DNA of 61,000 nt, counting the filler, from Sphacelaria rigidula (lineage: Eukaryota): the NCBI GenBank assembly GCA_964200075.2. It is 9 parts of 9 records of this genome, joined end to end, with 100 filler letters (N's around TTAATTAATTAA, not from the genome) between each part and the next. Parts side by side here need not be neighbours in the genome. Positions count along the whole stretch, not along the records: positions 47,525 to 54,212 come from CAXNAA020018613.1; positions 54,313 to 61,000 come from CAXNAA020018614.1; 7 more parts are not named here. One strand, written 5' to 3'. Each line of letters starts with the position of its first letter. Within the stretch, counting starts at the first letter, position 1. The notes under the pieces are model-generated. The model made no database searches. It was given only the letters and a program-made list of their open reading frames with translations, and had not been told where the DNA came from. Below, piece by piece: positions 49,278 through 61,000 of this stretch. The position numbers and the translations under genes are program-made.

Positions 49278-52200
49278 ATGGCGCAGTTCCTGATACGGTT
49301 GGTGAACTACTTTGCCAGTGAGCTCATCACAAAGCGGTTGGCCAACAGTCGCTCGTTCCAGCGCTTCGCTGTCAAGACCCATGACAAGGTACTATACACT
49401 GTGCTGTGAAAGTACTGTACTACTCCGCACTGGTGTACCGCTGTCCTGACTCCGTACTGACATTCCACGTGCTTGAGGTTACACCAGCAAAATAATTGAG
49501 ATTGACTACAGTGAAGTAGATCGATATTGCCCCCTCAATGCGGAGAAAACAACGGCTTCGGCCCGGTGAGCGTGTTTATGTGTGTGACGTTCCTGGCGCC
49601 TGTTTCCCTCCCCTGATACCCCTGTTATACGTAGTGCTTCGATGTGAAACTACTCCTACGCTAGATGAAACCCTCCTCCTTGTGCAATCAATACGGTAAA
49701 TCCGTGTGCTACCATGAGATAAACACAGGGTCGATTGGAAGTGACTTTCTGGAAGCTATCAACAGCTGTCAACTGCTCCCCTCTGCGAGTATCGTACATC
49801 AGTGTAACAGTATCCTTTGACGGGGGCAGCTTTCCACACGTGCTGCGCACGTCTTCCCCGTCCGCAAGGTCCTCCATATCCACATTTGGTACGACCATGC
49901 TGTGTATATAATCTGAGCAAGGAGATTGATGCCATACCCAGAGTAAATGTATTACTTTGTTCACAGTTTCTTCGCCAGGTCAATCAGCTTGACCATGATA
50001 TAATAGACGAACGATACTTCAGGAAATCTCTAGAAACATGTTGGTCCATTACCTGCACAAAGCTGTCAGATGCTCGATCAACTCGTGGTGGACCGGAAAT
50101 CATATCGTGCAAGAAAGAGTTTTTCAGTGCTTTGAAAGTATTTTCCTTCCTTGGACCGGAGCAGACTCTCTGTGGTACTCTTTTGTGGATTTGTAAGACG
50201 AACACACAATAAGTTTCCATTTACCTTGTCTCCGTGTGTTCTGTCTTGATGAAAGGATGCCCAAATCCCCCCTCTCATGTATCACGTCGTTTGCCCTACA
50301 ACAGCATGGTCAGTAGTACTAGTTGGGCTCCCTTGAGAAGTGGCGTTGCCTGTTCAATTTTGCACTGGTATGCGAGCTTGGTGGTCACAGGCTGGCCCCC
50401 TAGGTTGTCCTCGAGCAAGGTTAACGTGAAGTAGATATCAACCTCGTTGCGATGGTTTGAATTTCGGGCTCACGAAAGATGCTTTCTTCATCACGCCTCC
50501 CCATTGCCGCAAGCTCTGCTTGGGTTGAAAGGAGCGTGACATGAAACTTCGTAACTGGTGTCACGCCGAAAGAGATCAATCCCGCCGACACTGAACGCTC
50601 ATCATCGTACTTGACGTAGTCGACATCTGCTTAAGCCATTAACTCCACTCCTCAGATCCTGGTGTGATGCCTTGATTAAGCGTTACGTCAAGGTACTCGA
50701 AGGTCCCCAATATTTGACACCAGTCTTTGGCGACCGGGTTGTCGTGTGCTGTGGAAATGTTTTCACAGCATCAGGGCTCCAGGGACGAGTATGGTTGGCC
50801 AGACCTATAGCTGCCTTCCGGCATTTTCCCCGAAAGTTGCCCTCTTGATGGTCAGGCAAGAGAGTAGAAGCATAAGTAGAGGGTGGAGCAGTTCAGCTAG
50901 GAAAAAATATAACCACGATGCACCCCACGCGGCTGTTCGGGACATCTTAAGAGTGTCCTTCTTGTGCAAGAATCCACACCCAACATACCACGCCAGATTT
51001 CCGCCAGGTTTGTCGTGGGGATGTAAGAGTTGAAACCCGCGGTCAACGGGAAGCATTGCTCCTCGTCAAACACGAACATATCGGCTAGTGCACCACTATC
51101 ATAGTCATCACCCCGTTCATATCCATCAGTCTGTACACGTATGGCTCAGCCCAACTCTGGTCGAAGCCGTTTATGCTAAATTTTAGTGGGCGACGCGGCA
51201 CACGACCGCCCCGCTGCTTTCCCAATGCCATGTATACTTCAGCAAAGTACCACGATAGTTGTTGCAGATCACCCACAAAGGCCTGCAGTCAGATCTGCTT
51301 GCTCAAAACCCTGCCCGACGTCGAAGCGATGAATTTTCTGCCCTGCACACGTGTCGTAACTGCCGCACGTATATTCATTGTTGTAGAAAGGAGGTGTAGA
51401 TCGAAGCAGCCTAGGAGAACTGGCGTGGCATACTGGGTGTAATGAGTAAATATGTTTAGTTGTCCAGGACACGGGGGCACTATTTTCTGTCGGTAACCAT
51501 TCCAGCGCGAATGGTGGTGACGTTGGTCTATTAAAACGTGAATTAAGTGCAAATACACCACCCTGAGACTTGAGTCCGTACATTCATCGCGCTGAGAGGG
51601 TTTGGTGGACCAGAGAAATAGAGGCGTTGTGAGCAGTAGCCCCACTGGGCTCCAGTGAACACACCGTACTCAGTGCTTGAATTGATTGGTCGTGGTTTGT
51701 TATGTCCGCATCCGCCGTGCTTTCTCGCGGGTTTGTCGATACAGCGTTGAATATTTTCGTAAAAATTCGTACTCTGGACAATATATGGTGAATAGTTGCG
51801 ATAAAAAAGAAAGTGTACTGCGTAAAGCGTAGGCCTCTTGTAACCATTGTCGGACACTGCCGAAATTATACACACCCTAGACAATATATTATGGTCGATA
51901 GTTGCAGTAGAAAAAATGTGCTGCGTCAAGCATAGGCCTATAGCAACTGTTGTTACAGGCATATACTTGACGCAGTACATTTGTTTTTAATGCCGCTGTT
52001 GACCACAATGTTTTGTCCAGGGTGGGTATAATTTCGACAGTCGAAAATGCTGAGAAGAGTGTGTTCGCGGGCATCCTCTTCTCTTTTTTTTTGTCTTCGT
52101 CAAGTGTACACACAAAAACTACACTATCTACTGCATACGATATATTTTTGATGCGCTTCGACATAATGATCGTGCTCCTGCTGCATTCTGTGTGTGTTTG

Positions 52201-52420
52201 CAAGGTGCAAGCGGCTAAAGGCATAATGGAGGACCCGGCTCAGGCACGGCAAGCGCTGAAGGAGGCCGAAAAGGCCATGCGAGAAGTAACGTCAAATACG
52301 ACAACGGCAGCGCAAGAGGGTTCGGGTTCAATAACGAGTAGTTTCGAACGATTCAAACGCGCGCTTAGGGAAGAAGTCGAGCGAGATCTACGAGGGGGGA
52401 GGAAGGGTAGAAGGAAATGA
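49278..52420 (+). CDS. Small conserved 108-aa protein (LANSxxFQRFAV motif; possibly NCBP2AS2-like)
   Basis: Exon 1 49278-49388 (MAQFLIRLVNYFASELITKRLANSRSFQRFAVKTHDK, GT donor) and exon 2 52205-52420 (VQAAKGIMEDP..FERFKRALREEVERDLRGGRKGRRK*), phase-0 intron of 2.8 kb. Confidence 0.8.
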
Positions 52421-53844
52421 CACGATTGATGGGAGATTTTGCCAGCGGGGGCGTTAGCAGAGGAGAAACTGGGTGCTGTCCGGGGGGCGAGAGAAAGTAC
52501 TTGACAGCTGCATGCCGTAAAGCTGTTGAACCGTTGACCGCGCGTCTTCGAATGACCGGCCGCAGGGAAAGAGATGACTCATGGTTTGCGTGCCTCCGCT
52601 CTTAGCGCTCAAGTTGCTGTCAGATGAGGTACCTCGAAGGACTTGTCGTGATGCGTCCCCAGGGATCGAATGCGCGTGAAGGTTGCACCAGCTAAGGTTC
52701 TGAAGATGAGCTTCGCGGGATATTTTTGTGTCTGTTGCCAGTGCCAATAGACACGCGTTGACTGTCGTGAAAACGTTGACCATGAGAAAGGAACCGTCAA
52801 CTGTTCCGTGTAACTAGGGGGGTTATTGTGTATTTTTTCAGTGGTTGTCTCGTGAGCCACTGTGATTTTTTCGCACTGGGAAGCCAATGAATACCTGAGA
52901 AATCTTGGTTCACCGTCCCCAGTGTAATAGACGTGCTTGTTGGGTTTTTTCTTACCATTATACGCGTTGTGCAGTTGGTTGGACACTGCGTATCGTCTTT
53001 GTAAACGTGTGTGTCAACAAATGTGCGGTGCATACCTGTATGCCGTGTGTAGTTGTTTGTAGTTCATTGATCCGAAAATTTGCTTCCGTTGCTTGGGCTG
53101 TTGGGGTAAATTCCAGGGACAGGAGAGGGTGGCGCACAGAGGTCGTTCGGTTAAAGCGCGCGAACGCACGTGGCCCCTCAGTATGCCAACCCTTGCGCCC
53201 GCAGCCTTCTCTTCGGAGAATCCGACATATGACAGTCCCAACAGATTTTGTATGATTATCATAGCGTAACCACAGATGGCTTCTAGTGGGCCGCTTTAGC
53301 GCTGCAATGGAATACTCGTGGTTTGAGTCAAGTCCATTCGTCGCGCGTGCATGGCTGTAAGCCTTTTTTTTCGAGTGTTCGGAACGCAAAAGCCGACGAA
53401 GGTTGCCCTCCCTTCCGCAGCTCTCATGGCCCCGAGCTCCCACGTGGGCAGCAAGGGCTCGAGAAGCAGACACGCTTACCACTGCGGTGCCATGCGTGTT
53501 GCTTGCTTCCGTCAACATCGTGTGCTCGTTCCGTTCAGTTGGCTTGGGGGGAAAGGGTGGGGGGATTTCCCGCAAACGTCAAGACATGATCAAAACACTG
53601 CCCAAGCACACACCCGCACGCACCTGCAGCACGTGCAACCGCACCGAATACACAAGGCCGCGTTTAGCTGTTTCACAACAGTTGTAGATAGATAATATTG
53701 ATGTACTACTTACTGTCAGCGTCTTCACGACCACGTAATTGCTGTTTCACTGGTTCACAAGCTACGATAGGATATTTGGTCCGTGACAGCGAAAATAGAC
53801 GGTGTGTCGTTCTGTTGACATGGGTCACTCCTTGATCGATTGAA

Positions 53845-54035
53845 TCTCGAAAGTTGATCTCAGCTCACAGAGCCATTCCCGCGCCACTCGACCCATCTCT
53901 TGTGTAGGTGAGATGGTTTCGTACGCTCTCGTGTCTAATGAGCAAATTACTGACTCTCGACAGTTGATCTCGGCTCACAGCAAATCTCGCACCACTTGAT
54001 CCATCTGTAGTGTAGGCGAGATGCTTTCGTAAGCT
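53845..54035. repeat. Diverged ~110-bp tandem duplication
   Basis: CTCGA.AGTTGATCTC.GCTCACAG..CCATCT..TGTAGG.GAGATG.TTTCGTA occurs twice. Confidence 0.7.
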
Positions 54036-54212
54036 ATTCCATGTGTACATGGGCCCACCACATCCCCGAGATCGGCCAAGTTGTGTGTTTCCACTCTAAG
54101 AGGGCTTTCTTTCCCTGTTTCTTCTGCATGTATTATTAGTATGTCCTAATGGGGAGCCATGCTAGGATACGTAGGGGGGGGGGGGGGGGGGGGGGGGGGT
54201 GGAATAAATTGG

Positions 54213-54312
54213 NNNNNNNNNNNNNNNNNNNNNNNNNNNNNNNNNNNNNNNNNNNNTTAATTAATTAANNNNNNNNNNNNNNNNNNNNNNNNNNNNNNNN
54301 NNNNNNNNNNNN
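54213..54312. other. Artificial contig spacer
   Basis: N44-TTAATTAATTAA-N44. Confidence 0.98.
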
Positions 54313-54315
54313 GGG

Positions 54316-54381
54316 CGTACTCATTTGTTGCTTGCCTTAGTCGTTTGATCATTGACCACGCATCCCTTTCGAGACGGAGCA
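54316..54381 (-). mobile_element. 68-nt structured repeat copy at contig edge
   Basis: Reverse-complement copy; the contig breaks in the adjacent G run. Confidence 0.8.
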
Positions 54382-54624
54382 TAGGGGGGCATATCGTCCC
54401 CCCCTTTCGCATACCTCCGCCCACCACCCACCACTCCATCGCCCATCGCCTCACCACACACCACACCCCACACAAACTACGCACATCATCATCTGCGCAC
54501 TGCGAACCCACTTGCTGCGAACCACACCGATCTGATCAGTAGCCTTCAGACTTTCGGCTTTGTCGCCGGCCATAATTTGTTTTTCTTGGGTATATCATGT
54601 GACCACGGGTGGACCCCTGGGGGG

Positions 54625-54667
54625 AGGCGTTCTCATTCGTTGCTTGCCTTAGTCGTTTGACCATTGT
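54625..54667 (-). mobile_element. 5'-truncated copy of the 68-nt repeat with 15-bp TSD
   Basis: Flanked by TGGACCCCTGGGGGG at 54610-54624 and 54668-54682. Confidence 0.8.
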
Positions 54668-55319
54668 TGGACCCCTGGGGGGTCAGTTAAAGTGCGACAA
54701 TCAATCAATTATACCGCAGACTCTGCGGTGAACGTTTCTGCCGGACAGTCTGTAGCGGCTGCTGCTGTACGTTGCAGTTGGTAGTTTAGCGGTATCGCAT
54801 GTGCAGACATCAGAAAGGGGGAGAAAGAGTACCACCGATGCCTTGTAAACGTTTTATGCCGGCGGGAGTGTTTCGCGTGTGAGGGTAGACGGCCAATTCC
54901 ATTTCCCATCATATCCATCTGTTTTCTGTAAGCTATTGAATTCTTTTGCTTTGGCGTTTACGGGTATGGAGTTTATATTTTGTTGGGCATCCACCGATAA
55001 AAAAAGTGGGACGTATGCTGCCGACGTTTTCCCTTGTTTAGTTTGGATTACAGAAAAAGCGAGCGCGCATGTGCATTTATCGCGCAGGTTCGAGGTTTGG
55101 CGCATTTGTCATCGAATAATGAGTGTTTTTGCAGTGCGCAGTGCGCAGATTCATGTTGAATACTCTGATTCGATCGAAGCATTACAGGAAAGTGGCCGCG
55201 AAATAGTTAAACTTTGTACATCACCAGCTTGAACAACACTATGCATCACACATTGCATCTGACGTTGTGATCAACTACCTCTTTCGCTTCTTGTCTTTCA
55301 CGATGATGGACGATTTTTG

Positions 55320-55876
55320 CAAGGTTGTGTTCTATGGGATACGGATTTCTGTATATCCGGGGTATTTTCGCGGATATTTACCGTACCCGACACTTTCATA
55401 CCGATACCCTACAGTTCTGTAAAGTCTGTAAGTATTTCATACCCTTACCCGATAGTTTTGTGAGTTCTGTAAGCCTCCTTTACCGTTACCGGGGGCACGG
55501 GTGTGCTCTTGATGAGATCCCCGGTTGCGGGTACGGTTTTCTGTGCAGCCTCGATACCCTGCCCGACAGTTTCTGTGAGTTTCGTACACCTCCCATACCC
55601 TTGCCCAACAGTTCTGTGAGTTCTGCGCGTAATGTATGCCCGTACTCGGAGCGCGGGTATACCCTTACAGAAATACCCGATTGTCGGTACGGTATTCTGT
55701 AAGCCTTCCGTACCGTACCCGACAAGTTCTATAACTTGTGTGAGACCTTCAAACCGGTACCCGACGGTTGTCTAATTTCTGTAAGACTTTCATACCCGTA
55801 CCCGATATTTCTGTGAGTTCTGTAAGGATTCCCATACCCTACAGAACATATCCGCACCCTACAGAACACAACCTTG
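55320..55876. mobile_element. hAT-type MITE
   Basis: TIR CAAGGTTGTGTTCT; 8-bp TSD GATTTTTG/GAGTTTTG; internal degenerate repeats TACCCGACAGTTCTGTGAGTTCTGTAAG. Confidence 0.8.
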
Positions 55877-58013
55877 GAGTTTTGTTAGACGGAAACATCA
55901 CGCCGCGTGTGATGCCGCCACTTCATGATGTCTAATAACAAATCACACACTCCTGCTGCTGTACCTTCACACAATCAGGCGTGCACCCATTTCGGGTTAG
56001 GTTGCTAGTTTGCCAGAGTGATACCGTAAAGTCTTGCAAGCTGCGTCCCTACCCCAATAGTGGTATCGTATCGAGTGTCGATACTCGATACTTATCGCGT
56101 CATTCTCCGAGTATCGAAAAAAGATGTCGGTATCGACGCTTTTCCGTCGATATGTTGAAATATCGTATGGAACTTTGTTTTCGTTCGATTTTTAACACTG
56201 GTTAATACCATTGGCAAAATCCTTCGTGGAATTAGACCATCTCATTTTGTTTTCGTCAAATCGGGGACCGGTTCCTAGCATTCTGCAATTTGGAGTTGAA
56301 TAGCGAAAAAGTACAGTCGATGTGACTCGAACAAACAAACGACAAAGGTTTTGCTCGTTGCGACAATTTCTTCGCTCAGTCGCGACCCAGCGTGGCTTCA
56401 AAAATACTTCAACTGTTGACGATAGGCATGCAAAGAGAGCGCAAGCGAGGGTCATAGATGTGGCCCAACTTTGAAAGGACTGGTCGCAGTTTAGCCGGAT
56501 TCAATCACATCGATAATCTTTGACACGCCTTGCTGCCCGCAGGAGTAACAGCTTTCTCAACGCTTGTTTGGCGTTCATTAACTCACTGGCCTGTCGGTTA
56601 GACCAAAATTGCACGGAAGTTGGATATGGCGTCGATCCGAAAACCAGAGACAATCTGTGCTTCACGGACACTCCGTTTTATTTTTCTTCAAGGACAACAA
56701 GGTCTTTCCAATGTCACGTGCGAGATCAACATTGGACAACATCGAGCGTATTCCGCAGGACCTTCCTACGGACATTAGGTATGGCGAGTCGCTGGCACGT
56801 TACGACGATACTTATCCGGCGTTGTACAACCTAAAGACCGCAAGGCAGATCATGAAGCGTCCCGCAACGTGTACCAGCGGCCATCTATGTATTGCCTGCG
56901 TGGCGGCCGTGTATACGCGGGAGCCTAAACTTGGTTTAGTACTCTATTCCAGATTTTCGCGATGGCCGCTAGTCTTGCTATCACTTGACTCAACGTTTTT
57001 TACGGCCGGCATCAGGATTCCGCTGTACATGCAGTGCATGGAGTGACGGGTTCCACAACGGATACTGATTAGTACGCGGCGTTAACAGTGTGTTGAAAAT
57101 ATTGCGGCGCGGAACGCCGCCCCGTGCGGGCTGAGTCCCTGTCACGCGCAGCCGTCAATGCTGAAGGGGGCGAACCTTTCTCGGCAGATGAAGCCCCGCA
57201 CTGAAGCTGGCGACGGCACCAGTTTGACTTCCGCACCGAGTATGGACATTTTGTACCACGACGCCGCTGTTTTCCGCTCGATATCATTTCCTGAACCCTC
57301 GACGAGCCTGCGTGTGTCCTTCTTTTCGCTCCTACGCCGACCTCCAGCATAAGCCACCCCTGCACGTGTACGTAGGCCGGCATCCGTGTTCACCAGGTGA
57401 GCAGCAACAAGGTGACACGGCGTCGTGCCCACTTCCGTGAAAAATCGGGATACCTGGCAACAGGAAATGAATATAGATTTCCTTTCTCCCCCCCCTGCCC
57501 CATTTCGTTTTGAGGGTTGGCGTCGGTTGGCAACGACGCTGTAAAACACGTTATTCATTGCGTAAGCGAGGCAATCAGATTGCCGATTTCTTTTCTCTTA
57601 CATTTGTGCTTTGCGGTAACCATGGTGCTGGTCGAGTGAGGTCATATCGTGCGTGGTGATATCCCCGAACTGCGCGCAAAGGGGATGATCGTACAACGTA
57701 GTGTTAATGTGGTGAGACGCCCGTGAAGCATTGTATTAGCCGTGGCTGTCTCTGGAAGTGAAGATACCAGAAACGAAGCAGCGTATCAGCCGAGGCTGTC
57801 GTCCACGTGCAAGATGAGTAGTACGCTCCGGACCGCATCTCTGCAGGATGTAGCTCACCCTTCATGCGACTCGCCGAACAAACACATCATGGCGCTTCGC
57901 GCCTGGCGATTTGCGAGCTTGGCCCGGCGAAAACCCGGCGTGCTCCGTCATGGCTTCCGATGGCTGCAAGGTCAATAGTCTTATCTACGGTATGCGAAAT
58001 CATGAGTACCACT

Positions 58014-58049
<36 letters not shown>

Positions 58050-58425
58050 CCCCTCCCCCCCCCCCCCCCCCCNNNNNNNNNNCGTGCTGGGTGGCGCTCG
58101 AGCAGGTCCCGGCCGAACCGACTCTTCCCCGCCGCCGCACACACACGGCCCCCACCCCCCCCCCCCCCCCCCCCCCTCCCCCGCGCTCGTACTGATTCGC
58201 TCCGGATCTGCAGATTTCTCGACCCAAGTGCCTCTCGGGGCGACACTGTGCCCACAGCATCTTGTACACTGGGGCTATCCGATTACTCTGAGTGACGTTC
58301 ACCATACCCGACATCGTCGAACCTGGGTTTGGTACGCAACCGGCGCTCGATTCAATCTGTTGGACCAAGGATATCAGCGAATCGCCGTTCACCATCACTC
58401 CGGAAAACAACATCCTGGAAGCGCC

Positions 58426-60850
58426 ATGGCCGAAAGCAAGAGCAATGTGATCGACAGCCCTCCCGCTAGCGGTGGCGATCGTGCGCCCTGGGACGGCATG
58501 GACTTCAGGTTTTCGGAGGCCCCGAGCAGTTCTGATTTCACCAACCAAGGTAAGACGAGCATTCGAATCATGCATTGCGATGGGTGACGTCCGTTTGTTT
58601 CCGAGATCTTGATGAGGAGGCAGAGCCGAGTGTACGTCAGGACACGAGCCACGCAGGTGCGGAGTTTGGTGACGCCGTGAATGCTAGTCCTCAGTGGAAA
58701 AGAGTAGTCAGCGATATGACGAAATGTGGTGCTCAACAGTTCATGGCTACTCCGAAGGTATGGTCGTCGGCAGTCGGATGGCGATAGATTTAGAATTTGT
58801 ATAGCTATGTGAAGGAATATCAAAATGGTTTGGCAAAACCTGGGGGCCGTCGTCGTGCTCCTTTTGAAGTGTTCGTTTCCCCATCGTACTGACTCTCGAT
58901 GACACATTTATTTTCCCCCATAGTGTGTTCAAACGCACAAGGAAATCAAAACACCAGGGTTGTTCCGAGCGATCCTGTTATGTTTTTGGTGCAAGTGGTG
59001 AGAGTTGTTGATGTGTTGGACAATTCAAGATGCGTGTTTCGGAGAACTGCGATCAAGTGCACGGCGGCACGGGCATGGGGTAGGTGCCCTTCTGCTGTTA
59101 TGGAGGCGCCGCGATAACAATCCGTACGTTCCGAGGGGTTTTCGCGTGTTTTGAGGGGCTTTGACCTGTCCTCGTCGCCCCACGTCTGTTGGACAATAAC
59201 TGGCTGCTAGAAATGACCCTTCTCGTACTATTTCTAATGCAGGGCACAGAGGGAACGGGCATGCTGTATTTCGAATGGACAATAGAAATGTGATTGATTG
59301 ATTGATTAATTGATTGGTTGGTTGTCGCACTTGAACTGACCCCCGAGAGGTCCAGCTGTGTGTGACGAAATATGATGGCTACGATCAATGGCCCCATATT
59401 GTAAGCAAAACCTCGTCTCAATGAGTATGTGCAACTTGACGTCAGCATACCTTCTTTCAGCTTTTCGTACGTTTGTTTTTGTGTGCGCCTCGGTCGATCT
59501 CAACGTCGATTCAGAAATTGCGGCACCCTGCTCCTTGAACAACACCCTACGAAATTGATGCCAGGGGAAATTATCGCGCGTACGCCTCATCAATGACCCT
59601 GATGGTACAGCTCACGGGGTTTGTCTGGTGTTTTTCCGTGCAAAATTGCAGCAGACCCCCCTGGGCGCACGTCGCCGCATAGGTTGCTGTACGTGAAGCC
59701 CATCGGCTACTTCCGAGTAGACTATATAGTGCTAGTCACTCCGAGATTTCTGCTAGCAAGGTCTGAGGGTGGGTATGGGCCCATGCGGGCGGCATCTCTG
59801 CGGCGGTACTGAGGTCGCCGTTCGTGGGGATAGAAGGTCTTCCTCCAAACGGCGGTTTCCTTCCGGTAAAGGTTTTCGCGGATCTCTGCCCTCGCTTTTG
59901 AGGGTGCTCTGTTTGTTCGACAGGTATTTGTTGTTGATTTTTTCCCGGCGGCCCTTCTTTGTATGTCTGTACATGCGTGTTTTTCATATGCACGACGGCG
60001 CATGGTGTGTGTCTATTCGTTCAGTGTGTTCTGCTTCGTTGAGATATGGTATTCACTACATCGCGCTGCTAACATCGGCGAAACTATTTATGGGTAAATG
60101 GGAACGCCCACGTTCCATCTATGCTGGTTATCCTCAGATGTTACGACTATGCAGGAGGCAATACAAACCGGGGTCCCACGGGCAGTGGAGACGTTGCTGG
60201 ACGGGATGAGTGACCGCGCCCAGGTGGTAACACAACTCACCACTAGATACGGTGGGACGCCGTCTGGAGATGCAGACAAGGACGGCCTGTTCGATGCCAC
60301 GTACCCGGTTCTCCACGCGGCTCTTTGTGGCAATCCGTCGATGTTTCGGGTGGTTCTTGATGCTATGAGGAAGTCGCTGAGTTCACCACAGGTACGGTTT
60401 CACTTTCGGACCGATATGGATTTTTATGAGGGCATCGGGGGGAGACAGGGGTGATGGTGGCTTGGGGAGCGGAGGGTGCGGCTGCGATACAGCTATGTCC
60501 TAATATCGCCGGCTCCAGTCCGCTGAAGCTGGGTTGTAATTGTAAGAGCGGAGGCGGAGAACATCTGTTCGTCCAGCCAGCGTACCGTAAAGCTTCTCGT
60601 GCCATATCCGTACTCTACCGGAGTGACAGCGTAAGTGAGAAAAATCTTGTGGGTGTACCGCCCTATGCTGACTACGCCACCTCAAGCGTGAACGGCCGCT
60701 CTGCTGTGCGATGTTGTCCAGGTGAAGGAAGCATTACTGGAGAACGACCTTGGCGGTCGCACGATACTCACAGCGGCGGCGAGAAGTGGGAGCCTGAATG
60801 TCTTTCAGGCGGTGTTGGATGTTCTCAAGATGGAGTTTACTCGACAAGAG
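58426..60850 (+). CDS. Ankyrin-repeat protein, 5' part
   Basis: Exons 58426-58549, 60138-60391 and 60722-60850 are phase-compatible. Ankyrin-like motifs YPVLHAALCGNPSMFRVVLDAM and GRTILTAAARSGSLNVFQAVLDVL. The first exon and start codon are less certain. Confidence 0.8.
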
Positions 60851-61000
60851 GTACTACCCGCGTTTCTGTGCCACCTTTCTCGCTCGTATCCAGCTATGTG
60901 TGGGTAATCCCGGGATACCCCTGCCCCCCCCCCCACCCCCCCCCTGATTCGCCTGGTCCGGCGAGAGCCCGGCGTGCTCCGTCCCGGCTTTGTAGGGGCG

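Noticed and set aside
6691..54312. Regularly spaced TTAATTAATTAA motif with ~6.79-kb period
   Set aside because: Artificial six-frame-stop linker embedded in N runs.
56609..57046. 145-aa plus-strand ORF
   Set aside because: No recognisable domain or convincing splice partners.
57864..58295. Poly-Pro/poly-Gly ORFs
   Set aside because: Derived from C homopolymer runs with an internal N gap; low-quality sequence.

Overview
Eukaryotic, intron-rich, repeat-rich DNA, most likely a brown alga (Phaeophyceae/stramenopile). That assignment is inferred from exon size, GT-AG introns, gene content and retroelement style. The window is not one locus. It is nine apparently unrelated contigs of 6690, 6690, 6689, 6689, 6689, 6689, 6688, 6688 and 6688 bp, sorted by length and joined by identical 100-nt N44-TTAATTAATTAA-N44 spacers, so no synteny can be read across gaps. 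Spliced genes reconstructed by hand: GID8/CTLH subunit (5 exons), CFAP47-like fragment (5 exons), THUMP-domain tRNA methyltransferase fragment (5 exons), one EamA/DMT transporter exon, a complete 108-aa small conserved protein (2 exons) and an ankyrin-repeat protein (3 exons). Mobile DNA: a decayed Ty3/Gypsy element, decayed Ty1/Copia pol and gag, an RTE-like LINE 3' end, many retroposon tails, hAT-type MITEs with 8-bp TSDs and a ~970-bp foldback element. Most notable: (i) a ~68-nt structured repeat present six times, ending at C-rich tracts, with 12-16-bp target-site duplications and no poly(A); (ii) a 1.28-kb TIR element inserted at A|T with no apparent TSD; (iii) an unidentified decayed ORF inside an intron.
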